From Myxococcota bacterium (GTDB taxonomy: Bacteria > Myxococcota_A > Polyangia > Nannocystales > Nannocystaceae): DNA of 64,000 bases. The notes beneath the pieces are model-generated. The model ran no database searches, was not told the DNA's origin, and was given only the letters and a program-made list of their open reading frames with translations. The position numbers and the translations under genes are program-made. Location: contig JBCCHT010000051.1 of the NCBI GenBank assembly GCA_039028615.1, forward strand, positions 28,959 to 92,958, given 5' to 3'. This document shows, in pieces, positions 50,452-59,521 of the stretch (position 1 is the first letter of the stretch; each line of letters starts with the position of its first letter).

Positions 50452-51326
50452 GTCCGTATGCTCCGTCAGGCTCGTGAAAGTCCCCGTGAGGGGAAAGGAA
50501 ACTCTGTGGCCGGAAGGTAGCGGAGGCTCCTGGGTACGGGCAAGCGAGCCTCGCGCCCGGTTTGGGCCCGAAGGCAAAACCCGAGGGGGATTGCCCCAGC
50601 AATGACTGCTTGATCGAATTCGAACGACACATGTGGGATGGCCCAACGGGCATCGATCCACCCGGTTTCGGACGGACAAAGCTGATCATCAAGCTGAGAA
50701 ATCGCAGATTTGTCGCGCCTTCCTTCCACATCGATGCTCGATTGCGAATGGGTCCAGCTCACGATCTTCGAGGTGAAAAATAGTGCTCGAGATCCGGTCC
50801 GTTCGAGCCGCCATCCACGGTCAGCCGCGGGGCCGAACCTCCGCACAGAGCGCTTTCGACGCGGAATTCTTACGCTTTTGCGCCATGGTCGGCTTCGAAC
50901 ATCGACCGCGCCGACTCCGATTGTTGACCAACACCCAGCGTAGAAACGACGCACCACCCGTGCATCGACAAGACGAGCTGGGCGTCGTCCACCGCCACTT
51001 CACTCGACCACTCGAGCATCGAAGTCGACGACTCGCGCCCACCGAACTCGTGCCGTGCACGGGGGCCCACGAAGTTCCCGCGTTGCCTCCCCCCCGACGT
51101 GCCCGTAAGCTGCCTTCGCCTATGAGGGTCTGATCCCACCGAACCGCCGCTTCGTGCGACGTTCGACCTCGTCTGTGGCCGCTCCTGCGGCCGCCAGTAC
51201 GTGGTGGTGAGTTCGGTCGTGTGCGCTCCCGACGAGCTTCGGCTCGTCGGTTCCCCGTGTCTGGCCATGGTCTCCGATGACCACGGCGGGCGCGTGTGTT
51301 CAACACACTCGGAAACGACAGATCCA

Positions 51327-52382
51327 TTGAACCTCATCCACTTGGGCTACGGCCCTCACTTCCAACGACAGTTCTCCGACCTCGATCGCCCCGAACTACG
51401 GCCCGCCCGTGTGATTCGTGAAGACCGGGGTCGCCTTCAGGTCGACGACGGCGAGGGCCCTCGCGCGGCCGAACCTCTCGGACGTCTCCGGCGCAAGGAT
51501 GGCCTCGACTGGCCCGCCGTCGGTGACTGGGTCGCCGTCGATCCGCTCGACGATGGACCGTGGCTCATCCATCACGTCCTGCCCCGAACCAGTGCCTTCA
51601 TTCGCGGGCGAGCGGGGCGACGCGACACCTCGCAGTGCGTCGCCGCCAACATCGACACCTTGTTCATCGCCATGGCCCTCGACGGCGACTTCAACCTCCG
51701 TCGACTCGAGCGCTACCTCGTGCTCTCGCGACGCAGCGGCGCCGAACCGGTCATCCTGCTGACCAAGGCCGATCGTTGCCTCGACCCGGACAGCGTCCGC
51801 GAGCAGACGAGGGCCGTCGCCACCCACGAGGCAATCCTCGTCCTGTGCACCCCCGAGCAGCGAGGCATCGACGCCCTGCAGCCCTATCTCGCCCAGGGTT
51901 CCACCATCGCCATCGTCGGCTCCTCTGGCGTCGGCAAGTCCACCCTCGTCAATCACCTCCTCGGCCAGACCACCATGGCCACCGCCGAGATCAGGGAACG
52001 CGACGAAAAAGGCCGCCACACCACCCGCCACCGCCAGCTCGTCTCCCTCCCCTCGGGCGCCTCCCTCATCGACACCCCCGGAATGCGCGAGCTGCAGATG
52101 TGGGGCGACGAACACGACGTCACCGCCGGCTTCGACGACATCGAACAGCTCGCCACCCAGTGTCGCTTCGGCGACTGTCAACACGACCGAGAACCCGGCT
52201 GCGCCGTCCAAGCCGCCCTCGAAGAAGGAACCCTCGACCCACCCCGCTTCGACAGCTTCACCAAACTCCGCACCGAAATGCGCCGCCACGCCGAACGCCA
52301 AGGCACCACCCACGAACGAAGACGCTACGAACGAGGCTTCAGCAAAATGATCAAACAAGCCAAACGCCTCAAACGCCGCTGA
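51327..52382 (+). CDS. rsgA: Ribosome small subunit-dependent GTPase A
   Basis: PAVGDWV, VAANID, LTKAD, GSSGVGKS, GRHTT, IDTPGMRE, CRFGDCQHDREPGC. Probable TTG start. Confidence 0.93.
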   Translation: MNLIHLGYGPHFQRQFSDLDRPELRPARVIREDRGRLQVDDGEGPRAAEPLGRLRRKDGLDWPAVGDWVAVDPLDDGPWLIHHVLPRTSAFIRGRAGRRDTSQCVAANIDTLFIAMALDGDFNLRRLERYLVLSRRSGAEPVILLTKADRCLDPDSVREQTRAVATHEAILVLCTPEQRGIDALQPYLAQGSTIAIVGSSGVGKSTLVNHLLGQTTMATAEIRERDEKGRHTTRHRQLVSLPSGASLIDTPGMRELQMWGDEHDVTAGFDDIEQLATQCRFGDCQHDREPGCAVQAALEEGTLDPPRFDSFTKLRTEMRRHAERQGTTHERRRYERGFSKMIKQAKRLKRR

Positions 52383-52390
52383 CCCCCCCG

Positions 52391-52413
52391 CGGGAGCCCC
52401 CTCCGGGCTCCCG
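52391..52413 (+). terminator. Hairpin right after the rsgA stop
   Basis: cgggagccc-cctcc-gggctcccg; no U-tract. Confidence 0.4.
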
Positions 52414-52446
52414 CCCCTCACCTCCCCACACCCCACACCAAAAGAG

Positions 52447-52560
52447 CGAAGCCCCAAAAGACCACCTCACCACCGTCCCCCGCCACCACTCCAACCCCAT
52501 CGAAGCACCAAAAGACCACCTCACCACCGTCCCCCGCCACCACCCCAACCCCATCGAAGC
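52447..52560. repeat. 54-bp tandem repeat, 2 copies
   Basis: cgaagc(c/a)ccaaaagaccacctcaccaccgtcccccgccaccac(t/c)ccaaccccat at 52447 and 52501. Confidence 0.9.
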
Positions 52561-52800
52561 CCACCGCCGCCCGCCGCATCGCCGTAACCACCGGCGAAGC
52601 CACCCGCCCAACCTCGAGGGGCCGCGCCGACGGGAGGGTCCCAAACCCCGACCGAGGACTTGAGGCGGGCAGAAAAACCACGCCCAACTCCATCCCCCAC
52701 GCCCGACCCGCAGGGCGGGGTTTGGGAGGGACCCGTCGACAGCAGGCCCCGGTCCCCGCAGCGGCCCCACTCTCCGAGCCCCTCCAGCAGACCCCTCGCC

Positions 52801-52907
52801 CAGCAGCCCGACAAACATCGAGCCCCTCAGCAGCCCGACAAACATCAAGCCCCTCAGCAGCCCGACAACATCGAGCCCCTCAGCAGCCCGACAAACACCG
52901 AGCCCTT
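52801..52907. repeat. 27-bp tandem repeat, 4 copies
   Basis: cagcagcccgacaaacatcgagcccct at 52801, 52828, 52855 (26 bp) and 52881; no spacers. Confidence 0.92.
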
Positions 52908-52936
52908 AGCACCCCCACGAGCCCAGCCGAGACCCC

Positions 52937-54133
52937 CTAGCGCCCCCGCCCAGCCGCCACCCGCACATGGTCCGGCCACTCGATATTCCGAGACCCCGAC
53001 TCCGTAGCCTCCCAAACCTTATCGATCATCTTGTCCGCCAGATAGTTCACCAACGTAGTGAACGGATGCTTCTGCCCAACCTTCCGAGCCACCTTCTCCG
53101 ACGGCGGCAACAAAGCCGCAATCACCGAATGCACCACCGAGTCGAGCCCACTCGGCCCGACCCCGAGCATCGCCGCATCCTCATCCCCATTGAAGAAGTT
53201 GACCATCTCACCCCCCGCGTCGAACCATCGCAGGAACGGCGGCAACAAGCTGTTGATCCACTCCACCAGCGACTTGGTGAGCATCTGCCCTTCGGTCGAG
53301 ACCCCGCGTAGCCGAGCCATCATCGTGGAGTAGAGGATCTTGGCATCGGCGTACGTGTGCGCCATCAGCCCCTCGTTGATACCCATGATGTAGCCGACGC
53401 AGTTCCACAGGTGGAGAATCGCCTCCTTCTGTCCGTCGTCCAGGATCAGCGCCAAGCGCTCGAACCCCTCGATGGTGATGTACGAGAAGGTCAACAGGAC
53501 GAGCGCCTCGTCCTCCTGGTTGACCGGCTTGCCGTAGCGCTCCACGTCCCAGCGGCGCGACCACAGCACGCCCGCCATGGACCGCGCCTCCTGGTGAGAC
53601 TCCGGGGCCAGCAGCAGGTGACGCATCAGCGCGTGCATCAACCGCACCGTCTGGGCCTTGTGGATGCCAGTGGGGATCTTCTCGGGCTCGTTCGGATCGT
53701 CGAAGAGACTGCCCGGCTCGTACACGGTGAACACCATGTGCGAGGTCTGGATCAGACGTCGGAAGACATGGTCGGTGAGCTGATGAGTCGAGGTGAGCAC
53801 CGGGGTGCCCAGGCGATCGAGGTAGCACTGGGGCAGGCTGGCCGCGGCGAGCAAGATGGTGCCCGGCACCAAGTTGCCGGACAGAAGCTCCTGCGCCTGG
53901 AGGATCTTGGCCTTGTCGGCCCACGGCGGGAGCGACCGGTTTTGCTGACGGAAGGTCCGCAGGAGCTCGGAGTGGTCCGGGGTCGGCTCGCCCGTGCGCA
54001 CGAGGCTGTCGAGCAGCGTGGCAGCCAGGGTCGAGTCGTTCTCGAAGGTGTCGACGACGGCGTCTCCGACCGGATCGGATTCCATCCGCATGCGATCGAG
54101 ATCATCGGGATTCCACAGCTTGCGGCTCATCAT
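52937..54133 (-). CDS. MpaB/DUF2236 (Lcp rubber-oxygenase-like) heme oxygenase, no signal peptide
   Basis: DPVGDAVV, LPPWAD, SLPQCY, RRLIQT, VRLMHALMR (heme His), PVNQED, HLWNCVGYIMGI. Confidence 0.85.
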   Translation of the reverse strand: MMSRKLWNPDDLDRMRMESDPVGDAVVDTFENDSTLAATLLDSLVRTGEPTPDHSELLRTFRQQNRSLPPWADKAKILQAQELLSGNLVPGTILLAAASLPQCYLDRLGTPVLTSTHQLTDHVFRRLIQTSHMVFTVYEPGSLFDDPNEPEKIPTGIHKAQTVRLMHALMRHLLLAPESHQEARSMAGVLWSRRWDVERYGKPVNQEDEALVLLTFSYITIEGFERLALILDDGQKEAILHLWNCVGYIMGINEGLMAHTYADAKILYSTMMARLRGVSTEGQMLTKSLVEWINSLLPPFLRWFDAGGEMVNFFNGDEDAAMLGVGPSGLDSVVHSVIAALLPPSEKVARKVGQKHPFTTLVNYLADKMIDKVWEATESGSRNIEWPDHVRVAAGRGR

Positions 54134-54167
54134 GATGGTGTTCTCCTGGCGGAGCCCGAACGAGGGA

Positions 54168-57100
54168 CTAGGCCGACAGCTCGGCGATGCGCTTGCGGGC
54201 TTCTTCCACGTCGGCGTTGGGACTCTGGCCGGCGAAGTGCTCGTAGACCGGGGTCAGGACCTGCCGCGCTTCGTCGTTGCGGCCGGCCTCGCACAGCTCT
54301 CGGGCCAATGCCAGCGCGGCCCGAAGCTCGAAGGACCGCGCGCCCTGGGCCTTGGCGGTCTCCATCGCGTCGCGGAAGCGAGCCTCCGCCTGGGCCTTGG
54401 CATCCTTGCCGCCTCGCGCCAGGCACAGCTCGCCCTGGAGACGCTGCAGCTCCGAGGCAAAGAAGCGCTCGCGGCTGCGCTCGGCGAGGTCTTCGGCTTC
54501 GTCGAGCAGGGGCCCCGCGACCTCGAGCTCACCCCCACGCGCATCGGAGAGCAGACCGAGGAAGTACGGCACGGTGAAGCCGGAGCCGGTCTGACGCCAC
54601 AGGCTGATGCCGGTCTCGATCTGCTCGGCCGAGCCTTCGGCACGCAGGCCCGCGCCTGCGCTGCCGCCGAGGATCATCCCCCACACCAGCCACCAGCCGA
54701 AGCTCTGCTCTTGCGACAGCCCCACCGCTTGCTGGGCGAAGTCGCGAGCGATCTCGTGGTCCCGCATGTACAGCCAAAACCATGCGGCGCAGCCCAAGGC
54801 GTAGGCTCGACTGAAGTCGTGACCCAGGCGCTCGGACAGCGCCAAGGCCTGCTGGTGACGCTCGACCGCGATGTCGAGCTGACCGAGCTGGAAGTGCACC
54901 AGCGCCGACACGGACAGCGCGGTGACCCCCACCGATTGCCCGGTGAGAAACGCCTGCTGGTGGTGACGCTCGGAGTCGTAGCGGCTGACCACCCACTCGA
55001 GGTGCTCGCGCGCGCCTTCGAGGTCGTCGCCCATGAAGAAGAAGCTCAGGCCGAGCGAGAAGTGGCCCTCGAGCTCCAGCTCTTCGGACTTCTGCTCGCT
55101 CGCCTGCTCGAGCATGGTCTCGGCGAACTGCACGCCCTTTTTGTGCGTGCCCTGGACCAGATAGAACGCCCACAGACCCCACAGCACCCAGAAGCGCTCG
55201 GGGGTGGAGCCCAGCTGATCGCACAGGGTCTTGGCGCGAGCGTAGGCCTGCTCGACCTCTTCGGCGGCGTAGCCCTTGAGGGCGCTGAGCACCGTGCCCA
55301 GCTTCGACTGCAGGCCGATCTCCAGCGCCAGGCGCTCGGGGCCTTCGGATAGCGAGGGAATGAGGGCCAGGCCGCGCTGGAAGTGACCCTCGGCCTCTTG
55401 GTTCGACGACGAAGCCTGGGCCTTCTCGCCCGCGGCCAGCCACTGCTTGGCCGCCTCTTCGATGTGCCCGGAGCCCGCCGCTTCGAGGTGCTGAGCCAAA
55501 AGCTCGGGCGCGACCCCGGTGTCGTCTCGCAGCGCCCCCGCGATGCGCCCGTGGTACTCCTGGCGCGTTCGCTTGAGCAAGGACTCGTAGGCCGCGTCCT
55601 GGATGAGCGCGTGCTTGAAGATGAAGGTCTCGCCCGCCCCGCTCTTGCGGTAGACCAGCTGCGCCCCGAGCAGAGCCTCGACGCCCTCCTCCATCTCTTC
55701 GTTGTCGCCCGAGTAGATCTTGCGCAGCAGATCGAGTTCGAAGGCGCGGCCGATGGTGGCGCCCAGCTGGGCCACTTTGCGCGCGACGGGCTCGATGCGA
55801 TCGAGCCGGGCCATCAGCGAGTCGTGCAGGGTGGTCGGGATGGCGCTGGTCTTGGTGTCCTCGAGCTGGCCCGCGTCCATGAGCATGCGGGTGAGCTCTT
55901 CGACGAACAGCGGGATGCCGTCGGTGCGCTCGACGAGCTGGTCGAGCATGCGATCGGGCAGGTTGCGGCCCTCGGTCATCGCCAGCACCAGGGCTCGCGT
56001 GTCGTCGTTGGTGAACGGGGTGAGCCGCTGCACCTTGACGTGCTCGCTGTCGGACCACGGCGACTCGAAGGCGGGACGCGCCGACATCAGCAGCATGGCC
56101 CGCTGCTCGGGCAGCCGCGCGATGAGCTGGCCCAGCAGATCGAGGGTGGAGGGGTCGACCCAGTGCACGTCCTCGAACAGGAACAACACGGGCGGGCCGT
56201 CCTCGGCCGGCAGCAGCAGCGTGAGCAGCAGCTCGGCCACCCGCATCTTGCGGGCCTGGGGCGACAGCGCGGGCGGCTCGTAGCCCGCGTCTTCGGGGAT
56301 CTCGAGCAGCCCCGCCAGCAAGGGCAGCGCATCCGCAGCGGCGGAGGGCAGCCGATGCTCGAGCCACGACCGCAGCTTGTCGAGCGCGGTGGCGGGCGAG
56401 TCGTCCCGATCGATGCGCGCCTCGGCCCGCACCATGCCCACCATGGGATGCAGGACACTATTGGAGTAGAACGACGAGCAGTAGGCCTCGTACAGCCGCA
56501 GCTCGCGATCTTCGACCGCGGCCCGGAAGGCGTGAATCATGCGGGACTTGCCCACGCCCGCTTCGGCCACCAGCAGCGCGGCCGCGCCCTGGCCCTGCTC
56601 GGTCTGACGCCACTGCTCGCGCAGGGCGGACAGCTCGGTCTCGCGCCCGACGAAGGGGCTGAGCACGTGGCTGCCCTCGAGGCGATGCCGGGCCGAGCTG
56701 AGCCGCAGCAGCCGATGCAGCTCCATCGGGTTGGCGATGCCCTTGAGCTCGTGCGTGCCGAGGGACTCGGTCTCGACCAGGCCCTCGATGAGCGCCCGCG
56801 TGGCGTTGCTGATCACGCCCGAGTTGGGCGAGGCCATGCCTTCGAGTCGGGCGGCGATGTTCGCCGTGTCGCCCACCGCCAGCTGCTCGCGCTTGGCTCC
56901 GCCCCCGACCTCGCCGATGACGACCAGACCGGTGTGAATGCCCAGGCGGATCTTCAGCGAGACGCCGAACTCCTTTTGCAGGCTGTCGTTGAGCGTATCG
57001 AGGCTCGACAGCATCTCGAGGCCGGCCCGCGCCGCGCGTTCGGGCGCGTTTTCGTACGCGGTAGGATAGCCGAAGTAGACCAGCAGGCCATCACCCAGGT

Positions 57101-57386
57101 ACTGCGCGATGCTGCCTCCAAACTTCTCGATGACCTCGGCACACACCGACTGATAGCGCCGCACCACCTCCATGAGGTCCTCGGGGTCGAGGCGCTCGCT
57201 GAGCTTGGTGGACTCGGCGATGTCGCAGAACATCACCGTCAGCTGGCGCCGCTCCGCTCGCATGCCATCGGAGGTGGGATGGCGAGTCGGGGCCGCGGGG
57301 GCGCTCGGCTCCAGCTTGTGGCCACAGTTCGAGCAGAACTTCGCGTCCGGGCTGACCTTGGTGCCGCAGTTCGGGCAGAAATTCAT
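54168..57386 (-). CDS. Zinc-ribbon + class III adenylate/guanylate cyclase + STAND AAA ATPase + TPR protein
   Basis: CPNCG...FCSNCG; ERRQLTVMFCDI, YLGDG, GIHTG, GDTANIAARL; EAGVGKS, FEDVHW, GIPLFVEE, FKHALIQDAAY. Confidence 0.93.
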   Translation of the reverse strand: MNFCPNCGTKVSPDAKFCSNCGHKLEPSAPAAPTRHPTSDGMRAERRQLTVMFCDIAESTKLSERLDPEDLMEVVRRYQSVCAEVIEKFGGSIAQYLGDGLLVYFGYPTAYENAPERAARAGLEMLSSLDTLNDSLQKEFGVSLKIRLGIHTGLVVIGEVGGGAKREQLAVGDTANIAARLEGMASPNSGVISNATRALIEGLVETESLGTHELKGIANPMELHRLLRLSSARHRLEGSHVLSPFVGRETELSALREQWRQTEQGQGAAALLVAEAGVGKSRMIHAFRAAVEDRELRLYEAYCSSFYSNSVLHPMVGMVRAEARIDRDDSPATALDKLRSWLEHRLPSAAADALPLLAGLLEIPEDAGYEPPALSPQARKMRVAELLLTLLLPAEDGPPVLFLFEDVHWVDPSTLDLLGQLIARLPEQRAMLLMSARPAFESPWSDSEHVKVQRLTPFTNDDTRALVLAMTEGRNLPDRMLDQLVERTDGIPLFVEELTRMLMDAGQLEDTKTSAIPTTLHDSLMARLDRIEPVARKVAQLGATIGRAFELDLLRKIYSGDNEEMEEGVEALLGAQLVYRKSGAGETFIFKHALIQDAAYESLLKRTRQEYHGRIAGALRDDTGVAPELLAQHLEAAGSGHIEEAAKQWLAAGEKAQASSSNQEAEGHFQRGLALIPSLSEGPERLALEIGLQSKLGTVLSALKGYAAEEVEQAYARAKTLCDQLGSTPERFWVLWGLWAFYLVQGTHKKGVQFAETMLEQASEQKSEELELEGHFSLGLSFFFMGDDLEGAREHLEWVVSRYDSERHHQQAFLTGQSVGVTALSVSALVHFQLGQLDIAVERHQQALALSERLGHDFSRAYALGCAAWFWLYMRDHEIARDFAQQAVGLSQEQSFGWWLVWGMILGGSAGAGLRAEGSAEQIETGISLWRQTGSGFTVPYFLGLLSDARGGELEVAGPLLDEAEDLAERSRERFFASELQRLQGELCLARGGKDAKAQAEARFRDAMETAKAQGARSFELRAALALARELCEAGRNDEARQVLTPVYEHFAGQSPNADVEEARKRIAELSA

Positions 57387-58189
57387 GGGTGTCCTCCCGT
57401 TGTCGCCGGGAACGCGCGCAACAGGCCGGGGAGGCGCTCGGCCTTCACCCCTTGCCAGGCATGGTGGGCGTCGTGCTCACACAGCACGGCCGTCATCGCG
57501 GGACCCAACACCACGACCATGAGCGCGCGAACCGGTCGCCATAGCTCGAGTCGGAAGGTCCCATAAGTGCCGCCGCGATAGTGAAGAATGTGGTGGAAGC
57601 CATAGTTGGACAGTCCCACCGTCAGTCGCACGACGATCCAGTAGCTGAGGAAGACCGAGGAGTTCACCGCGATCAGCGTCAGCATGATGAAACACTTGAT
57701 GCTCGCCTCGCGACGCAAGGTCGCGCTGATGCCCCGCGTCGTGACCCACTTGATCGCGGCCAGCTCGGGGCTGAGCATCGCCGCCGCCAGAGCGCGAAGT
57801 CGACCGCCGCGGATCTGGAAGAACTCGGGATCGGCCTTGGTCGCGGTGCGCTGGTGATGGCGAAGGTGGATGTTCTGGTGCTCGCGATACCCGAGGCCCA
57901 ATGGGGTCTCGAAGATCATCATCATGCGCAGCAACCAGGTCACGTGCTCGGGCCGCCGCACGTGCATGAGCTCGTGGGTCAACAATGCGCCGCGCACATA
58001 GGCGATGACCACGATCGGGGCCATCACCGCCACGGAGATCCAGCCCAACATGGCGGCAACCAATGCCGCATAGATCGAAACCATGTAGACGACACCGACG
58101 CGTTGATAGCGTCGAGCATCGGCCTGGCTTCGATGGTAGGAACGCGGAGGCCGAGTGGCTCCACGCGCATCCAGTGTCGGTGCTGCCAC
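57383..58189 (-). CDS. Membrane fatty-acid desaturase family protein
   Basis: His boxes HELMH, HQNIHLRHH, HHILH, HDAHH; stop overlaps the cyclase ATG. Start uncertain (58084-58279). Confidence 0.85.
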   Translation of the reverse strand: MAAPTLDARGATRPPRSYHRSQADARRYQRVGVVYMVSIYAALVAAMLGWISVAVMAPIVVIAYVRGALLTHELMHVRRPEHVTWLLRMMMIFETPLGLGYREHQNIHLRHHQRTATKADPEFFQIRGGRLRALAAAMLSPELAAIKWVTTRGISATLRREASIKCFIMLTLIAVNSSVFLSYWIVVRLTVGLSNYGFHHILHYRGGTYGTFRLELWRPVRALMVVVLGPAMTAVLCEHDAHHAWQGVKAERLPGLLRAFPATTGGHP

Positions 58190-58337
58190 GGCTTGCCGAA
58201 GAAGCTCATGGTGACGCCCGCACCCAGGGAAGTCAACGCGCGCTCGCCCTTGCTGTCCGAACGCCGAACATGCCACCATTGCGCTCCCTTTTCGTCGTGA
58301 CGGTCACGATGATCGAGCCGCGAGCGAGCGCCAGAAC

Positions 58338-59468
58338 GTGAGAATCGCGGTGGTTGGATCTGGGCCGGCAGGAGCTGCCGCTGGCCATCACCTCGCCCGT
58401 ACTGGCCATGAGGTGGTGCTCCTGGACCGTTCCAGGTTCCCCCGACCGAAAACCTGCGGGGACTGGATCACTCGCGGCGCGCTGTCCGAGCTGGAGCATA
58501 TGGGCCTGCCCCGGCCGCGATTGCGCGAACTCGCCGATCGCTTCGCCGAGATTCGCGGCAGCACCGTCGGGGCGCCCAATGGGCAGACGAGCCATGTGTC
58601 ACTGCGGGGCCAGGCACCGGGTGCATGTATTCCCCGGCACATCTTCGATGCATTGCTGGTGCAGCGCGCCCAGGAAGTCGGGTGCAAGTTCGAGCATCAA
58701 CCGGTGCGAGATCCCGCGACCCTGCTGCCCGAGTTCGATCTGGTGATCGATGCTCGCGGGGTCTATGCGGGCGAGGCCAATACCGTGGCCCTTCGTGCCT
58801 ACTGGACCGTCCCCACCACGCGCGCCGACGAGTTCACCCGAAGCACGGTTCAGCTTTTCACTGTCAATCGCTTCCGCATGGGCTACGGCTGGGTCTTCCC
58901 GGTCAACGTCACGCGCGAGCACGTGGAGATCAACCTCGGCGTGGGGATCTGGCGCGAGGAGTACGACGCCCAGAACGTCAATATCCGCGAGGAATTCGAG
59001 CACTTCGTCGAGCACAACCCGGTCACCCGGCGGCTGGCCAAGGTCGCCAACGAGCAGGGCCGCACCCGCGGCCATCACCTCGCGCTCGCCAATGGTCGGG
59101 TGCGGGTCGCCTCGGGGGGTGTGCTGCGGGTGGGCGATGCCGCCAACCTCACCGATCCCATCACGGGCGAGGGCATCGCCAACGCGATCTTGGCGGGCCG
59201 ACTCGCCGCCCAGGCGATCGACGGCGCGCGAGACCCCGAGCAGGCCCAGCGCCGATGGCAGCGGGCCTACGAAGAGCGCCTGCTCCCCGAGCTGAACGCG
59301 GCCATTCGCCTGCGCCGCATGCTGATCGGCACCCGCCGCAAGAACCTCGCCCTGTGGGCGCTCAAGCGCAGCAAGGGCCTGGCCGAGCGCTTTCACGGCA
59401 GCCTCGAGGGCGTCGTGTCCTACCGCGAAGTCTTGCCGCTGCCCCGCCTGTTCGACCGCGTTCCTTGA
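58338..59468 (+). CDS. Geranylgeranyl reductase-family FAD-dependent oxidoreductase
   Basis: VVGSGPAG, FPRPKTCGD, GYGWVFP, VGDAANLTDPITGEGIANA. Confidence 0.9.
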   Translation: MRIAVVGSGPAGAAAGHHLARTGHEVVLLDRSRFPRPKTCGDWITRGALSELEHMGLPRPRLRELADRFAEIRGSTVGAPNGQTSHVSLRGQAPGACIPRHIFDALLVQRAQEVGCKFEHQPVRDPATLLPEFDLVIDARGVYAGEANTVALRAYWTVPTTRADEFTRSTVQLFTVNRFRMGYGWVFPVNVTREHVEINLGVGIWREEYDAQNVNIREEFEHFVEHNPVTRRLAKVANEQGRTRGHHLALANGRVRVASGGVLRVGDAANLTDPITGEGIANAILAGRLAAQAIDGARDPEQAQRRWQRAYEERLLPELNAAIRLRRMLIGTRRKNLALWALKRSKGLAERFHGSLEGVVSYREVLPLPRLFDRVP

Positions 59469-59521
59469 GCCAATGGCGGCGCCTCCAAGAATGCTCAACA
59501 TGCGCTCCATAGGCTGCGAGC

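Noticed and set aside
50470..50540. c-di-GMP-I riboswitch (ggtagcgg motif)
   Set aside because: The motif is on the strand opposite the downstream gene, and the GGCAAAC...GACGCAAA core is absent.
50700..51320. Protein-coding gene between the lipoprotein and rsgA
   Set aside because: Several short overlapping ORFs, none with motifs or clear codon bias; left unannotated.
52801..52907. CRISPR array from the 27-bp repeats
   Set aside because: The repeats are directly adjacent with no unique spacers, so this is a simple tandem repeat.
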